DNA of 64,000 nt from Spirochaetia bacterium (GTDB taxonomy: Bacteria; Spirochaetota; Spirochaetia; SZUA-6; Bin103), in contig CBDAOI010000003.1 in assembly GCA_965198005.1 (NCBI GenBank), forward strand, positions 1,056,001 through 1,120,000, given 5' to 3'. Position 1 is the stretch's first letter. Each line of letters starts with the position of its first letter. The translations under genes were made by a program, and so were the position numbers. The notes beneath the pieces were generated by a model, which saw nothing but the letters and a program-made list of their open reading frames with translations, ran no database searches and had not been told where the DNA came from. Below are positions 46,170 to 55,353 of this stretch, one piece after another.

Positions 46170-46660
46170 TCGCGGATGTCGTCGTCATCATCCTCGAAGG
46201 TATCCCCTTCGACCATGACTCCGTCCGTCTCCTTGTCGAGCTCGCCGTCGTCGCCGTCGTCGTCGTCATCATCATCATCATCATCGTCGTCGTCGTCGTC
46301 GGTGAATTTCGCCGCCCCGGCGGGGCTGTCGCCGAGGTCGTCGTCGTCGAGTTCATCCGAGTCCTTGTCGTCCTCCTCTTCCTCATCGTCCTCGTCGTCC
46401 TCCTCGTCGTCGTCGTCGTCGTCCTCGCCATCGTCGAACTCGCCGTCGAGGTCGTCCTCGTCGTCCTCCTCTTCCTCATCATCGAGGTTGTCGTCCTCGA
46501 ACTCCTCGTCGTCGTCCTCGAATCCATCCTCAAAGTCGTCGTCGAAGTCCTCGAAGTCACCGCCGAGGCCGGCTGCCTCCAGGTAGCCTCGAGCCGAATC
46601 GCCACCGCCGGAGGGGACGGTACCGGCACCACACCGCATAGGGGTCAATAACGAAGCCAA
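46148..46660 (-). CDS. Hyperacidic low-complexity protein (~170 aa)
   Basis: AGAGAGGA SD just before TTG at 46660. The last 136 residues are about 69% Asp/Glu by manual count, with mixed codons and periodic Phe/Leu. Confidence 0.65.
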   Translation of the reverse strand: MASLLTPMRCGAGTVPSGGGDSARGYLEAAGLGGDFEDFDDDFEDGFEDDDEEFEDDNLDDEEEEDDEDDLDGEFDDGEDDDDDDEEDDEDDEEEEDDKDSDELDDDDLGDSPAGAAKFTDDDDDDDDDDDDDDDGDDGELDKETDGVMVEGDTFEDDDDDIRDYDEFEE

Positions 46661-46791
46661 GGTTCCTCTCTTTACACCATCCAGTAGCAGATCCGCCACC
46701 GCGCCGCCCCTTCGGGGGACGGATGACGGGGCCTCACCGTCGTGTGCCAGCATTCTATGAGCCACGTGTCGAGTTGTGTCAACGCATGCGC

Positions 46792-46820
46792 TGGACAAGT
46801 TTGGGATCTTGTTCTATGTT
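46792..46820 (+). promoter_or_regulatory. Putative sigma70 promoter of the spoVG-tRNA-rplY operon
   Basis: TGGACA-N17-TATGTT. Confidence 0.5.
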
Positions 46821-46863
46821 CAGTGCCCGTGCTGGCAGCCGCCGCGCGAGTTCGGAGGTTTTC

Positions 46864-47145
46864 GTGGAGATCACCGATATCCGTATCAAGCGAACCGCCT
46901 CCGAGGGTAAGCTGATGGCGTACGTCACGGTTACGTTCGGCGGCTGCTTCGTGGTACACAACATCAAGGTTATCCAGGGGCTGCAGGGTCCGTTCGTGGC
47001 CATGCCCAGCCGCAGGACCAGAACCGGCGAGTACAAGGATATCGCGCACCCGATCAACTCGGAGTTCCGCAATGTGCTCCAGAAGCGTATTCTGGAGGTG
47101 TACCAGCGGACTTCAGCCGCTCCGCCCGAAGCCGAAGCGGATTGA
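46864..47145 (+). CDS. spoVG: SpoVG family nucleic-acid-binding protein
   Basis: MEITDIRI, FVVHNIKVI, FVAMPSR, YKDIAHPIN; GGAGG SD. Confidence 0.96.
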   Translation: MEITDIRIKRTASEGKLMAYVTVTFGGCFVVHNIKVIQGLQGPFVAMPSRRTRTGEYKDIAHPINSEFRNVLQKRILEVYQRTSAAPPEAEAD

Positions 47146-47162
47146 AGCGTCTGTGTTCACCA

Positions 47163-47234
47163 TGGGACGTCGGCAAGTGGTAAGCCACCGGTTTTTGGTA
47201 CCGGCACTCGCAGGTTCGAATCCTGCCGTCCCAG
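47163..47234 (+). tRNA. tRNA-Gln(UUG)
   Basis: TGGGACG acceptor, CCGGT-TTTTGGT-ACCGG anticodon arm, GTTCGAAT. Confidence 0.95.
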
Positions 47235-47330
47235 CAACCGGAGCGTTGCGCCGGCCGCGCGCGCACCGGACACCGGCACCGGATCACATGCACCGCAGCC
47301 GCCCGGGTGGCTGCCAGGGAGTTCGTTCAC

Positions 47331-47963
47331 ATGGCTGACCGCAGTTTGACCGCCGCCCTGCGCGCGGAGACCAAGAAGGGTGCGGCGCGTCGTTTGCGCC
47401 GCCAGGGACGGATCCCCGCCGTCATGTACGGGCACCGCGAGCCGGTGCTGCTGAGCATCGACGCCCTGGAGTTCTCGCGCAAGTTTCAACAGATATCGGA
47501 AAGCACGATCATCCATCTCACCGCCGGCGGCGAGAGCTACGACGTGCTGGTAAAGGATTATCAGGCCGACCACCTCGCCGACCGGATCAACCACATCGAC
47601 TTCTTCGAGATCGAGCGGGGCAAGCTGCTGCGGGCCAAAGTGCTGCTGCACTTTGTCGGCAACCCGATCGGGGTGCGTGAGGGGGGGCTGCAGGAGTTGC
47701 TCCTGCATGAGGTGGACGTGGAGAGTCTGCCCAAGGATCTGCCGGAGCGGCTCGACGTGGAACTCGAGCCGCTGGCGGTCGGCCAATCGGTGCGCGTCTC
47801 GGAGCTGACCCCGCCGGAGGGAGTACGGATACTGAATTCCCCCGATCAGGTAGTCGTGTTGATCGCTCACAAGGTGGAGGAGGTGGCGCCGGACGAAGCC
47901 GAGGACTCGGATGAGGAGTTGGATGCCGCCGACGAGGGTGCGGTCGACGAGGACGAGGTCTGA
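47331..47963 (+). CDS. rplY: 50S ribosomal protein L25/Ctc
   Basis: ARRLRRQGRIPAVMYG, HIDF, G.PIGVREGG, acidic tail. Confidence 0.95.
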   Translation: MADRSLTAALRAETKKGAARRLRRQGRIPAVMYGHREPVLLSIDALEFSRKFQQISESTIIHLTAGGESYDVLVKDYQADHLADRINHIDFFEIERGKLLRAKVLLHFVGNPIGVREGGLQELLLHEVDVESLPKDLPERLDVELEPLAVGQSVRVSELTPPEGVRILNSPDQVVVLIAHKVEEVAPDEAEDSDEELDAADEGAVDEDEV

Positions 47964-48024
47964 CGCGCGAGTCGAGTGCACGGCGCCACGTGCCGGCGCC
48001 GGATCCGGGTAGCACGGGCGGGCG

Positions 48025-48606
48025 ATGGGCCTCGTCTTGGTCGGTCTGGGCAACCCGGGGTTGCGCTATGCCCGGACCCGGCATAATGCCGGGTTTCAGG
48101 TAGTGGACTGTGTCGCTCGGCGGCTCGGGGTACGGTTGCACCGGCGCCCGCGCCGCAGCTATGCGCTGGCGCGGGTGCGGTTCGAGGGTGCGCCGCTGAC
48201 ACTGGTGCGGCCGCTGACCTACATGAACACCGCGGGCGCGGTGGTGAAGCCGGTGCTCGCCGAAAGCAACGCCGAGGTCGCGGACCTGATGGTGGTGTGC
48301 GACACCATGGATCTGGAGCCGGGTGCGAGCCGGTTGCGGCTGAGCGGGTCGTCGGCCGGCAACAAGGGGCTGGACTCGATCCTGCGCGTGCTCGGCACCG
48401 AGCAGGTGAAGCGGATCTACCTCGGCGTCGGTCGCCCGCTCCCTGGAGTGCCGGTGATAGAGCACGTGCTCGGGCGGCCGCGGGGAGCCGCGGCGCGCGC
48501 GCTCGAGCAGGCGGTGGAGCGGGTCTGCGCGAACCTCGAACTGCTCATGCAGGGCGACTACGGGCGGGCGATGAACCGGATCAACCAGCGGGGGCCGGCG
48601 GCGTGA
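48025..48606 (+). CDS. pth: Peptidyl-tRNA hydrolase
   Basis: GLGNPG..Y..TRHNAG, PLTYMN, GVGRP, HVL. Confidence 0.93.
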   Translation: MGLVLVGLGNPGLRYARTRHNAGFQVVDCVARRLGVRLHRRPRRSYALARVRFEGAPLTLVRPLTYMNTAGAVVKPVLAESNAEVADLMVVCDTMDLEPGASRLRLSGSSAGNKGLDSILRVLGTEQVKRIYLGVGRPLPGVPVIEHVLGRPRGAAARALEQAVERVCANLELLMQGDYGRAMNRINQRGPAA

Positions 48607-49694
48607 GCGGCCGGCGGGCGTCCGACCCGCTGCACCGGACCCGTCTGGCGGTGGAGCGGGCCGCGTTGCCGCGTCCCGCCACGGTGGTGGTAGCCATGTC
48701 GGGCGGCCCCGACTCGGCGGCCTTGGGTCTGACCCTGTGCCGTGTGGCGCCGCAACTCGACCTGCGCGTGGTGGCCGCCCACTACGACCACGGACTGCGC
48801 GCGGCCGCCTCCCGCGCCGAGGAACGGACTGTGGTGCGGCGGCAGGCGGCGGTGCTGGGATTGGAGTTGGTGGAGGGCGCGGCACCGCCGGGGCACCTCC
48901 AGCGCCGTCGGCAGGTCAGCGGCCGCAGCGTGGAAGAGCTCGCGCGCGAGCAGCGCTACGCCTTTCTGCTCGCCGTGCTGGCCAAGCGCCGCGCCCACTG
49001 TCTCGCGGTTGGCCATCACCTGGATGACGATCTGGAGACGATTCTCATGCGCGCGTTGCAGGGCAGCCTGCACGGCGGCGGCATTCCGTTCCGCAGCGGC
49101 GTAGTGCTGCGTCCGCTGCTGCACGTGCGCCGGGCCACGCTGCGCGCGTACGTGGCGGCCGCCGGGCTGCCCGTGCTGGAAGACCCGACCAATTGCGATC
49201 GGCGCCTGCTGCGGAATCGGATTCGAGGTGTGCTGCCGGCGTTGGAGGCGGCCGTTCCCGGTATGGCCGGCAACCTGCCCGCCCTGGCGCAGGCCGCGGC
49301 GGGCGGGTGGCACCGGGTTCTGGAGGAGGCGCAGCGGGAGGTGCCGTGGCGCTACGGGTACGATCGCGCGCGCGGCGTCCACTACACCGTGCGGGCGGTC
49401 AGTTTCTGGGGGGCGGCACCGCTGGTGCGGCAGGCGGCCCTGTACCGCGTGTATGACGCCGTGTCCAGCGCCGGCGTCAGCGGGCGCCACGGCCGCCCGC
49501 GGCTGCCGCGCCGGTTCCTGCGCACGTTGCTGGGTGCGCCGCCGGCGCACGGGCGGCTGCAGCTCAGCGGCCACGGCGTATCCATTACCTGCGGCCCGGT
49601 CCTGGTGTGTGTGGCCCGGCAACCCCGGCAAGCGGTGCGGCCGGCGGGGCCGGCGGCGTCAGGTTGTCTCCGGCCGCCACAATCGCTATCTTAA
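48603..49694 (+). CDS. tilS: tRNA(Ile)-lysidine synthase
   Basis: SGGPDS, DHGLR, EELAR..RY, HHLDD..ET, RPLL, EDPTN, RNRIR. Confidence 0.92.
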   Translation: MSGRRASDPLHRTRLAVERAALPRPATVVVAMSGGPDSAALGLTLCRVAPQLDLRVVAAHYDHGLRAAASRAEERTVVRRQAAVLGLELVEGAAPPGHLQRRRQVSGRSVEELAREQRYAFLLAVLAKRRAHCLAVGHHLDDDLETILMRALQGSLHGGGIPFRSGVVLRPLLHVRRATLRAYVAAAGLPVLEDPTNCDRRLLRNRIRGVLPALEAAVPGMAGNLPALAQAAAGGWHRVLEEAQREVPWRYGYDRARGVHYTVRAVSFWGAAPLVRQAALYRVYDAVSSAGVSGRHGRPRLPRRFLRTLLGAPPAHGRLQLSGHGVSITCGPVLVCVARQPRQAVRPAGPAASGCLRPPQSLS

Positions 49695-49762
49695 CCCTGT
49701 TCGAGCGTACCCCGCGCCGTTGCAGCAGCGTGTGACCGGCGTCATTCTCGGGTCAGCGAAAC

Positions 49763-51655
49763 GTGAGTAGCGGCGACAACAAAAATCCTCAGCGGAAAGG
49801 TCCCGACTCGGGGTTCCCGAAGTTCAACTTCAACAATCGCGCCGCGCTTGTCACGCTCGTCATTCTGATCGTCATATTTCTGTTCATCTTCGTGTACAAT
49901 CAGGGTTCGTACACGCAGGAAGTGGCGTACTCCGTGTTCCTGAACTATCTCAACCAGGACTTGGTGGAGACGGTCGAGATCATCGACGGCTACGAGATTC
50001 AGGGGCAGCTCAAGGGGCGTCCCGGCGAGGTATTCAGAACTACCATCCCCTATTCCGATCCCGATCTGATGCGCAAGCTGGAGGAACGGACCGTCCAGGT
50101 CACCGGCCGGCCGCGCAACGTGTCGCCGTTGCGGGTGTTCGTCGACTTTCTGCCCTGGGTGTTCGGGTTCTTCTTCATCTGGTTCATGTTCCGCCAAGTG
50201 CAGGGCAGCGGGAACCGGGCCTTTTCGTTCGGCAAGAGTCGCGCCAAGCGCTACGACGAGGCCGCCAAGAAGATCAGTTTCACCGACGTCGCGGGTCAGG
50301 ACGAGGCCAAGTACGAGCTGCAGGAGGTGGTCGAGTTCCTCAAGGACCCGGGCAAGTTCGTCAAGTTGGGAGCACGCATCCCCAAGGGGGTGTTGCTGGT
50401 TGGCATGCCGGGGACCGGCAAGACGCTGCTGGCCAAGGCGATCGCCGGGGAGGCCAACGTCCCCTTCTTCCACATGTCCGGCTCCGACTTCGTGGAGATG
50501 TTCGTCGGCGTCGGGGCGAGCCGGGTCCGCGACCTGTTCGAGCAAGGGCGCAAGAATGCCCCGTGCATCCTGTTCATCGATGAGCTGGATGCGGTGGGGC
50601 GCACCCGCGGCGCCGGTTACGGCGGCGGCCACGACGAACGCGAGCAGACGCTCAACCAGATGCTGGTCGAGATGGACGGGTTCGATACCAAGGAGGGGGT
50701 GATCATCATCGCCGCTACCAATCGGCCCGACGTGCTCGACGCCGCGCTGCTGCGGCCCGGCCGGTTCGATCGGCAGGTGGTGGTGGACATGCCCGACGTC
50801 CGGGGGCGGGAGGAGATCCTCGGTATCCATATCAGGAAGATCCCGATCGCCGCCGGCGTCGATCTGAACCGGGTCGCCCGGGCCACCCCGGGCACGTCGG
50901 GCGCGGATCTGGCCAACATCGTCAACGAAGCTGCGTTGCTGGCCGCGCGCAAGAACAAAGAGCGGGTCGACATGGACGACTTCGAGGAGGCGCGCGACAA
51001 GATCATGATGGGGGTCGCGCGCCATTCGATGGTGCTGGAGCCCGAGGAACGCGAGATGACCGCCTGCCACGAGTCGGGCCACGCGTTGCTGCACTACCAC
51101 CTGGAGCACGCCGACCCGCTGCACAAGGTCACGATCGTCCCGCACGGCAATGCGCTCGGGGTCGCGTTCTCGCTGCCCGAGAAGGACTACTATTCGCGCG
51201 GCCGGGGGTGGCTGCTGGACCGCATCACCATCGCCATGGGCGGCTACGCGGCCGAACGGATCACCTACAGCGAAACCTCTACGGGAGCCAGGAACGATAT
51301 CGAGCAGGCTACCGCTCTGGCGCGCAGGATGGTGTGCGAGTGGGGCATGAGCGACACCCTGGGCCCGATCGCGTACGGCCAGAAGGATGAGCCGATCTTT
51401 CTGGGCAAGGAGATCGCGCGCCACAAGGGCTATTCGGAGGAAACCGCGCGCACGATCGACGCGGAGGTCAACGAAATCGTGACCTCCCGCCTCAACCGCG
51501 CCACCGAGTTGCTCAAGGAACATCGAGACCAGATGGAGCTGTTGGCCACCACCCTGGTACGGGAGGAGACGCTGGATGATGTCGAGATTCGCAAGCTGCT
51601 CGGCCTCGAGCCACGTCAATCCTCGTCCGGAGAGAGCAACCAGCGGGCCAGTTAG
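49763..51655 (+). CDS. ftsH: ATP-dependent zinc metalloprotease FtsH
   Basis: Two [43 protein letters not shown]. Confidence 0.98.
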   Translation: MSSGDNKNPQRKGPDSGFPKFNFNNRAALVTLVILIVIFLFIFVYNQGSYTQEVAYSVFLNYLNQDLVETVEIIDGYEIQGQLKGRPGEVFRTTIPYSDPDLMRKLEERTVQVTGRPRNVSPLRVFVDFLPWVFGFFFIWFMFRQVQGSGNRAFSFGKSRAKRYDEAAKKISFTDVAGQDEAKYELQEVVEFLKDPGKFVKLGARIPKGVLLVGMPGTGKTLLAKAIAGEANVPFFHMSGSDFVEMFVGVGASRVRDLFEQGRKNAPCILFIDELDAVGRTRGAGYGGGHDEREQTLNQMLVEMDGFDTKEGVIIIAATNRPDVLDAALLRPGRFDRQVVVDMPDVRGREEILGIHIRKIPIAAGVDLNRVARATPGTSGADLANIVNEAALLAARKNKERVDMDDFEEARDKIMMGVARHSMVLEPEEREMTACHESGHALLHYHLEHADPLHKVTIVPHGNALGVAFSLPEKDYYSRGRGWLLDRITIAMGGYAAERITYSETSTGARNDIEQATALARRMVCEWGMSDTLGPIAYGQKDEPIFLGKEIARHKGYSEETARTIDAEVNEIVTSRLNRATELLKEHRDQMELLATTLVREETLDDVEIRKLLGLEPRQSSSGESNQRAS

Positions 51656-51682
51656 GAGTCTGTCGGATTGCGACGGACTCCT
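51654..51682 (+). terminator. Strong hairpin at the ftsH stop (no U-tract; terminator or stabiliser)
   Basis: AGGAGTCTGTCG-gattg-CGACGGACTCCT, 12-bp stem. Confidence 0.45.
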
Positions 51683-51688
51683 GGCGGA

Positions 51689-51725
51689 CGGACGGGATGG
51701 GCCAAAAGCGGCGGTTTTGGGGCGT
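51689..51725 (+). repeat. Dispersed hairpin repeat, copy 2, overlapping the protease start
   Basis: CGGACGGGATGGGCCAAAAGCGGCGGTTTTGGGGCGT. Confidence 0.8.
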
Positions 51726-53532
51726 TAGGACGGCCGCCGCCATCCTGCTGGGGGCGTGGCTGGGCTTGGCGGCGCTCGCCGGTTGCGTCACCCGGCCGCA
51801 TTCCGCCGTTCCCTCACTCGGTGCCGTCTACGTAGAAGAAATCGAGCAGATGGTGGCCGGCGGCGAGGCGCTCGCCGCCATTCCACGAATCGTGGCCCTG
51901 CGCAGCCGGGCGGACGCTCCGGTCGCCGCCGCCACGCTCGACGAGCTGCGCCGCACGGCGATCTCTGCGGTGCGCCGCGAGCTGGAACGGGCGCGGAACG
52001 AACAGCGCTACCTGGACGCGGCGGCGCTGGTGGCGTCGCTGGCCATTCTGCCGGACGGCGGCGTGGCCGGCGACGGGGCCCGCGGCGGGCAGGCGGCGCC
52101 GCTGATAGTCGATCTGTACCGGAGTGAAGTGCGGCGGCTCGCGGCGGACGGTCATGAGGTGAGTGCTCTGGCGATCGGGTTGCCGGAGCTGGAACGGGAG
52201 GAGTTGCCGTTCACGGAGGCGGACCTGCAGGAGCTGGCGGGCCTCGCTGCCCGGGTGGGCAACCGCGGCGCGTTGGTGCGGATCGCGCAGGCGGCGTCGG
52301 CGCGCGGACTGGCCGTGCGGCTGCCCACGCTGCCCCCGGCGCCGCCGTTTGCCGAGATGCTGGCGGGAACGGTAACCGTGGAGGTGGACCGCGGTCTCGA
52401 CGTGAGGGGCGGTGTGGGGGTCCCCGATCGGGTGATCGGCAGCGGGTTCTTCGTCGATCGGCACGGTCATCTGCTCACCAACTACCACGTGATCGAGAGC
52501 GAGGTCGATCCCGCCTACGAGGGCTACTCGCGGCTGTTCATCCGGCTCTCCGATCAGGATGATCAGAAGGTTTCGGCCAAGGTGGTGGGTTACGACCGGA
52601 TCTTCGACCTGGCGTTGCTGAAGACCGAGGTCAGGCCGGAGTACGTGTTCGCCTCCGCCGGAGCCGGTGAGCTGGTGAGCGGCGCTCCGGTGGTGGCGAT
52701 CGGGTCGCCCGGCGGGCTCGCCAAGACGGTCACGTCCGGCATCGTCTCGGCCACCGGGCGTCCGTTTCTTCAGCTCGGCGACGCGTTGCAGGTGGACGCG
52801 CCGCTCAATCCGGGCAACAGCGGCGGGCCGCTGCTGAGTCAGGACGGGGAACTGGTCGGCGTCACCTATGCCGGAATCGAGGAATTCGAGGGGATCAACT
52901 TCGGGATTCCGTACGTCTGGATACAGTACGTGCTGCCGCGGCTGTACCGGGGCGGCGCGGTTGTCCATCTGTGGCTGGGGGCCAACGTGCATCGGCAGGC
53001 GGGCGAGTTGGTGGTGAATTACGTGGTCCCCGGGTCTCCGGCCGCGATCGCGGGACTGGCGGTCGACGACGTGCTGCTCCAGGTGGGGAAGCATCGGGTG
53101 GACGGCGTCGCGGAGGTGCAGCGCCGGCTGCTCGGCTATCACGCCCCCACCCTGATCGAGCTGGTCGTGCGGCGCGGCGGGGCGGAACGTCGTCTCCTGG
53201 CGAGTCCGGGCGAGCGGCCCCACTTGCCGCTGGAACTGGCCCTCGAACGGGACACGCGCGACCGCGTGCTGGTGCCGCTGTTCGGGTTCGGCGTGGAGCA
53301 GGTGGGCGAGAGCCTGTTCGGTACCGACTACCGGGTGACGCGGGTGATTCCGGGGTCGCTCGCCGACGATACCGACATTGCGGTCGACGATCCGGTACGG
53401 GTCAGCCGCTTTCGCGTGGACGAGGAGGCGCGGGTCGCCAGTCTGCTGATCACGATCAAGCGGCGGCGCGGAGGCTTTCTGGAGAGCACGCTGCTGCTGG
53501 CGGTGAGCCTCGAACAGCGGTACTTTCTGTAG
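51697..53532 (+). CDS. S1C (HtrA-like) serine protease with PDZ domain, probable lipoprotein
   Basis: LAGC lipobox, GSGF, TNYHV, DLAL, NPGNSGGP, PGSPA PDZ. Confidence 0.9.
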   Translation: MGQKRRFWGVRTAAAILLGAWLGLAALAGCVTRPHSAVPSLGAVYVEEIEQMVAGGEALAAIPRIVALRSRADAPVAAATLDELRRTAISAVRRELERARNEQRYLDAAALVASLAILPDGGVAGDGARGGQAAPLIVDLYRSEVRRLAADGHEVSALAIGLPELEREELPFTEADLQELAGLAARVGNRGALVRIAQAASARGLAVRLPTLPPAPPFAEMLAGTVTVEVDRGLDVRGGVGVPDRVIGSGFFVDRHGHLLTNYHVIESEVDPAYEGYSRLFIRLSDQDDQKVSAKVVGYDRIFDLALLKTEVRPEYVFASAGAGELVSGAPVVAIGSPGGLAKTVTSGIVSATGRPFLQLGDALQVDAPLNPGNSGGPLLSQDGELVGVTYAGIEEFEGINFGIPYVWIQYVLPRLYRGGAVVHLWLGANVHRQAGELVVNYVVPGSPAAIAGLAVDDVLLQVGKHRVDGVAEVQRRLLGYHAPTLIELVVRRGGAERRLLASPGERPHLPLELALERDTRDRVLVPLFGFGVEQVGESLFGTDYRVTRVIPGSLADDTDIAVDDPVRVSRFRVDEEARVASLLITIKRRRGGFLESTLLLAVSLEQRYFL

Positions 53533-53542
53533 CCTGAAGCAC

Positions 53543-55342
53543 ATGACCTCGACCACCCGCAACTTCTGCATCATCGCCCACGTCGACCACGGCAAGTCGA
53601 CGCTCGCCGATCGGTTCATTCAGCGTGCGCACCTGGTCTCGGAGCGGGAGTTCCACGATCAGATGCTCGATTCGATGCCGATCGAGCGCGAGCGCGGCAT
53701 CACCATCAAGTCGCAGGCGGTCTCGATCCCGTTTCCGGTAAACGGTACGCCGTACAACCTCAATCTGGTGGATACGCCGGGACACGTCGACTTCACCTAC
53801 GAGGTGTCGCGGGCGATCTGTTCGTGTGAGGGCGCGCTGCTCCTGATTGACGCCTCCCAGGGGGTCGAGGCGCAAACGCTGTCCAACTTCTATCTGGCGC
53901 TGGAGCAGGGTCTGGAGATCATTCCCGTGATCAACAAGACCGACCTGCCGGGAATCGACTACGACTGGCTGGCGGAGCAGATCGACCGCGATCTGGGGAT
54001 GGATCCGGAGCGTGCCATCCGGGTGTCGGCCAAGCGCGGAACCGGGATGGACGAGTTGCTGGCGGCCATCGTCACGCGGGTGCCGCCGCCGAGCGGGCGG
54101 CGCGATGACCCGTTGCGGGCGCTGATCTTCGATTCGGTATACGACCCCTACCGCGGGGTGGTGATCCACCTGCGGGTATTCGACGGTGCCATCGCGCCCG
54201 GCATGCCGTTGCGCTTCTGGTCCACCGGCAGCGTGCACACGGTGGAAGAAACCGGCACCTTCGGGGTCGGCACGACCAGCCGGACCGCCGGGCTGGCCGC
54301 CGGCGACGTAGGCTACCTGGTGGCCGGGGTGAAGGAGATCGCGGACGCCCGCGTCGGCGACACCGTGACGCGCGACGATCTCCCCTGCAGCGAGCCCCTG
54401 GCCGGCTTTCGTGAGGTAAAGCCGGTAGTGTTCGCCTCGATCTACCCGGTCGACTCCAACGACTGCGACGAGCTGTCCGCGGCGCTCGACCGGCTGGCGC
54501 TGAACGACGCCTCCCTTACCTACGAGAAGGACAGCTCGGCGGCGCTGGGGTTCGGGTTCCGCTGCGGGTTTCTCGGCATGCTCCACCTGGAGATCATGCA
54601 GGAGCGGCTGGAGCGGGAGTTCGACTTGGCGGTGATCGTGACCGTGCCGACCGTGCGCTACCGCGTGCACCGGAGCGACGGCACCGAGCTGGCCGTGGAC
54701 AACCCGCTGGACTACCCCGACCCCGCCCAGGTCGAGCGCGTCGAGGAACCGTTCATCCGCGCCAGCATCATCACGCCGACCGAGTACGTCGGGGCGGTAA
54801 TCGGGCTGTGCCTGGCCAAGCGCGGCACCCAGCGGTCGATGAACTACCTCGATCAGCGGCGGGTGGAGCTGGTGTACGACCTGCCGCTGGCGGACGTGAT
54901 CTACGAATTCTACGACACCTTGAAGTCGGTGAGCCGCGGCTACGCCTCATTCGACTACGAGCTGACCGACTATCGGCCGTCCGACCTGGTGCGGCTGGAC
55001 ATCCTGCTCAACGGCCGTACGGTGGACGCGCTCGCCCAGCTCGTGTTCCGCGCAGGCGCGCGCCAGCGCGCGCACGAGATCTGTCGCCGGCTCAAGGACG
55101 AGATTCCGCGCCACCAGTTCAAGGTGCCGATCCAGGGCGCCGTGGGCAGCCAGATCATTGCCCGCGAGACCGTGTCCGCGGTGCGCAAGGACGTCACGGC
55201 CAAGTGTTACGGCGGCGACGTTACGCGCAAGCGCAAGCTGCTCGAGCGCCAGAAGGAGGGCAAGAAACGGATGAAGCAGATCGGCGACGTGCAACTGCCC
55301 AAGTCCGCCTTTCTGGCAGTGCTGAAACCCCCAGCCGCGTAG
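53543..55342 (+). CDS. lepA: Elongation factor 4 (LepA)
   Basis: RNFCIIAHVDHGKSTLADR, GFRCGFLGMLH, KCYGGDVTRKRKLL. Confidence 0.98.
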   Translation: MTSTTRNFCIIAHVDHGKSTLADRFIQRAHLVSEREFHDQMLDSMPIERERGITIKSQAVSIPFPVNGTPYNLNLVDTPGHVDFTYEVSRAICSCEGALLLIDASQGVEAQTLSNFYLALEQGLEIIPVINKTDLPGIDYDWLAEQIDRDLGMDPERAIRVSAKRGTGMDELLAAIVTRVPPPSGRRDDPLRALIFDSVYDPYRGVVIHLRVFDGAIAPGMPLRFWSTGSVHTVEETGTFGVGTTSRTAGLAAGDVGYLVAGVKEIADARVGDTVTRDDLPCSEPLAGFREVKPVVFASIYPVDSNDCDELSAALDRLALNDASLTYEKDSSAALGFGFRCGFLGMLHLEIMQERLEREFDLAVIVTVPTVRYRVHRSDGTELAVDNPLDYPDPAQVERVEEPFIRASIITPTEYVGAVIGLCLAKRGTQRSMNYLDQRRVELVYDLPLADVIYEFYDTLKSVSRGYASFDYELTDYRPSDLVRLDILLNGRTVDALAQLVFRAGARQRAHEICRRLKDEIPRHQFKVPIQGAVGSQIIARETVSAVRKDVTAKCYGGDVTRKRKLLERQKEGKKRMKQIGDVQLPKSAFLAVLKPPAA

Positions 55343-55353
55343 GAGTCCGATGG

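Noticed and set aside
46176-46586. Poly-serine ORF on + and poly-Thr/Arg ORF on -
   Set aside because: These are alternative readings of the GAC/GAG-rich acidic gene; only the acidic frame has an SD and a sensible start.
48340-48380. Pth GGHNG motif reads AGNKG
   Set aside because: The main catalytic residues (N10, H20, N68 and D93 equivalents) are present and this loop varies naturally, so there is not enough to claim inactivation.
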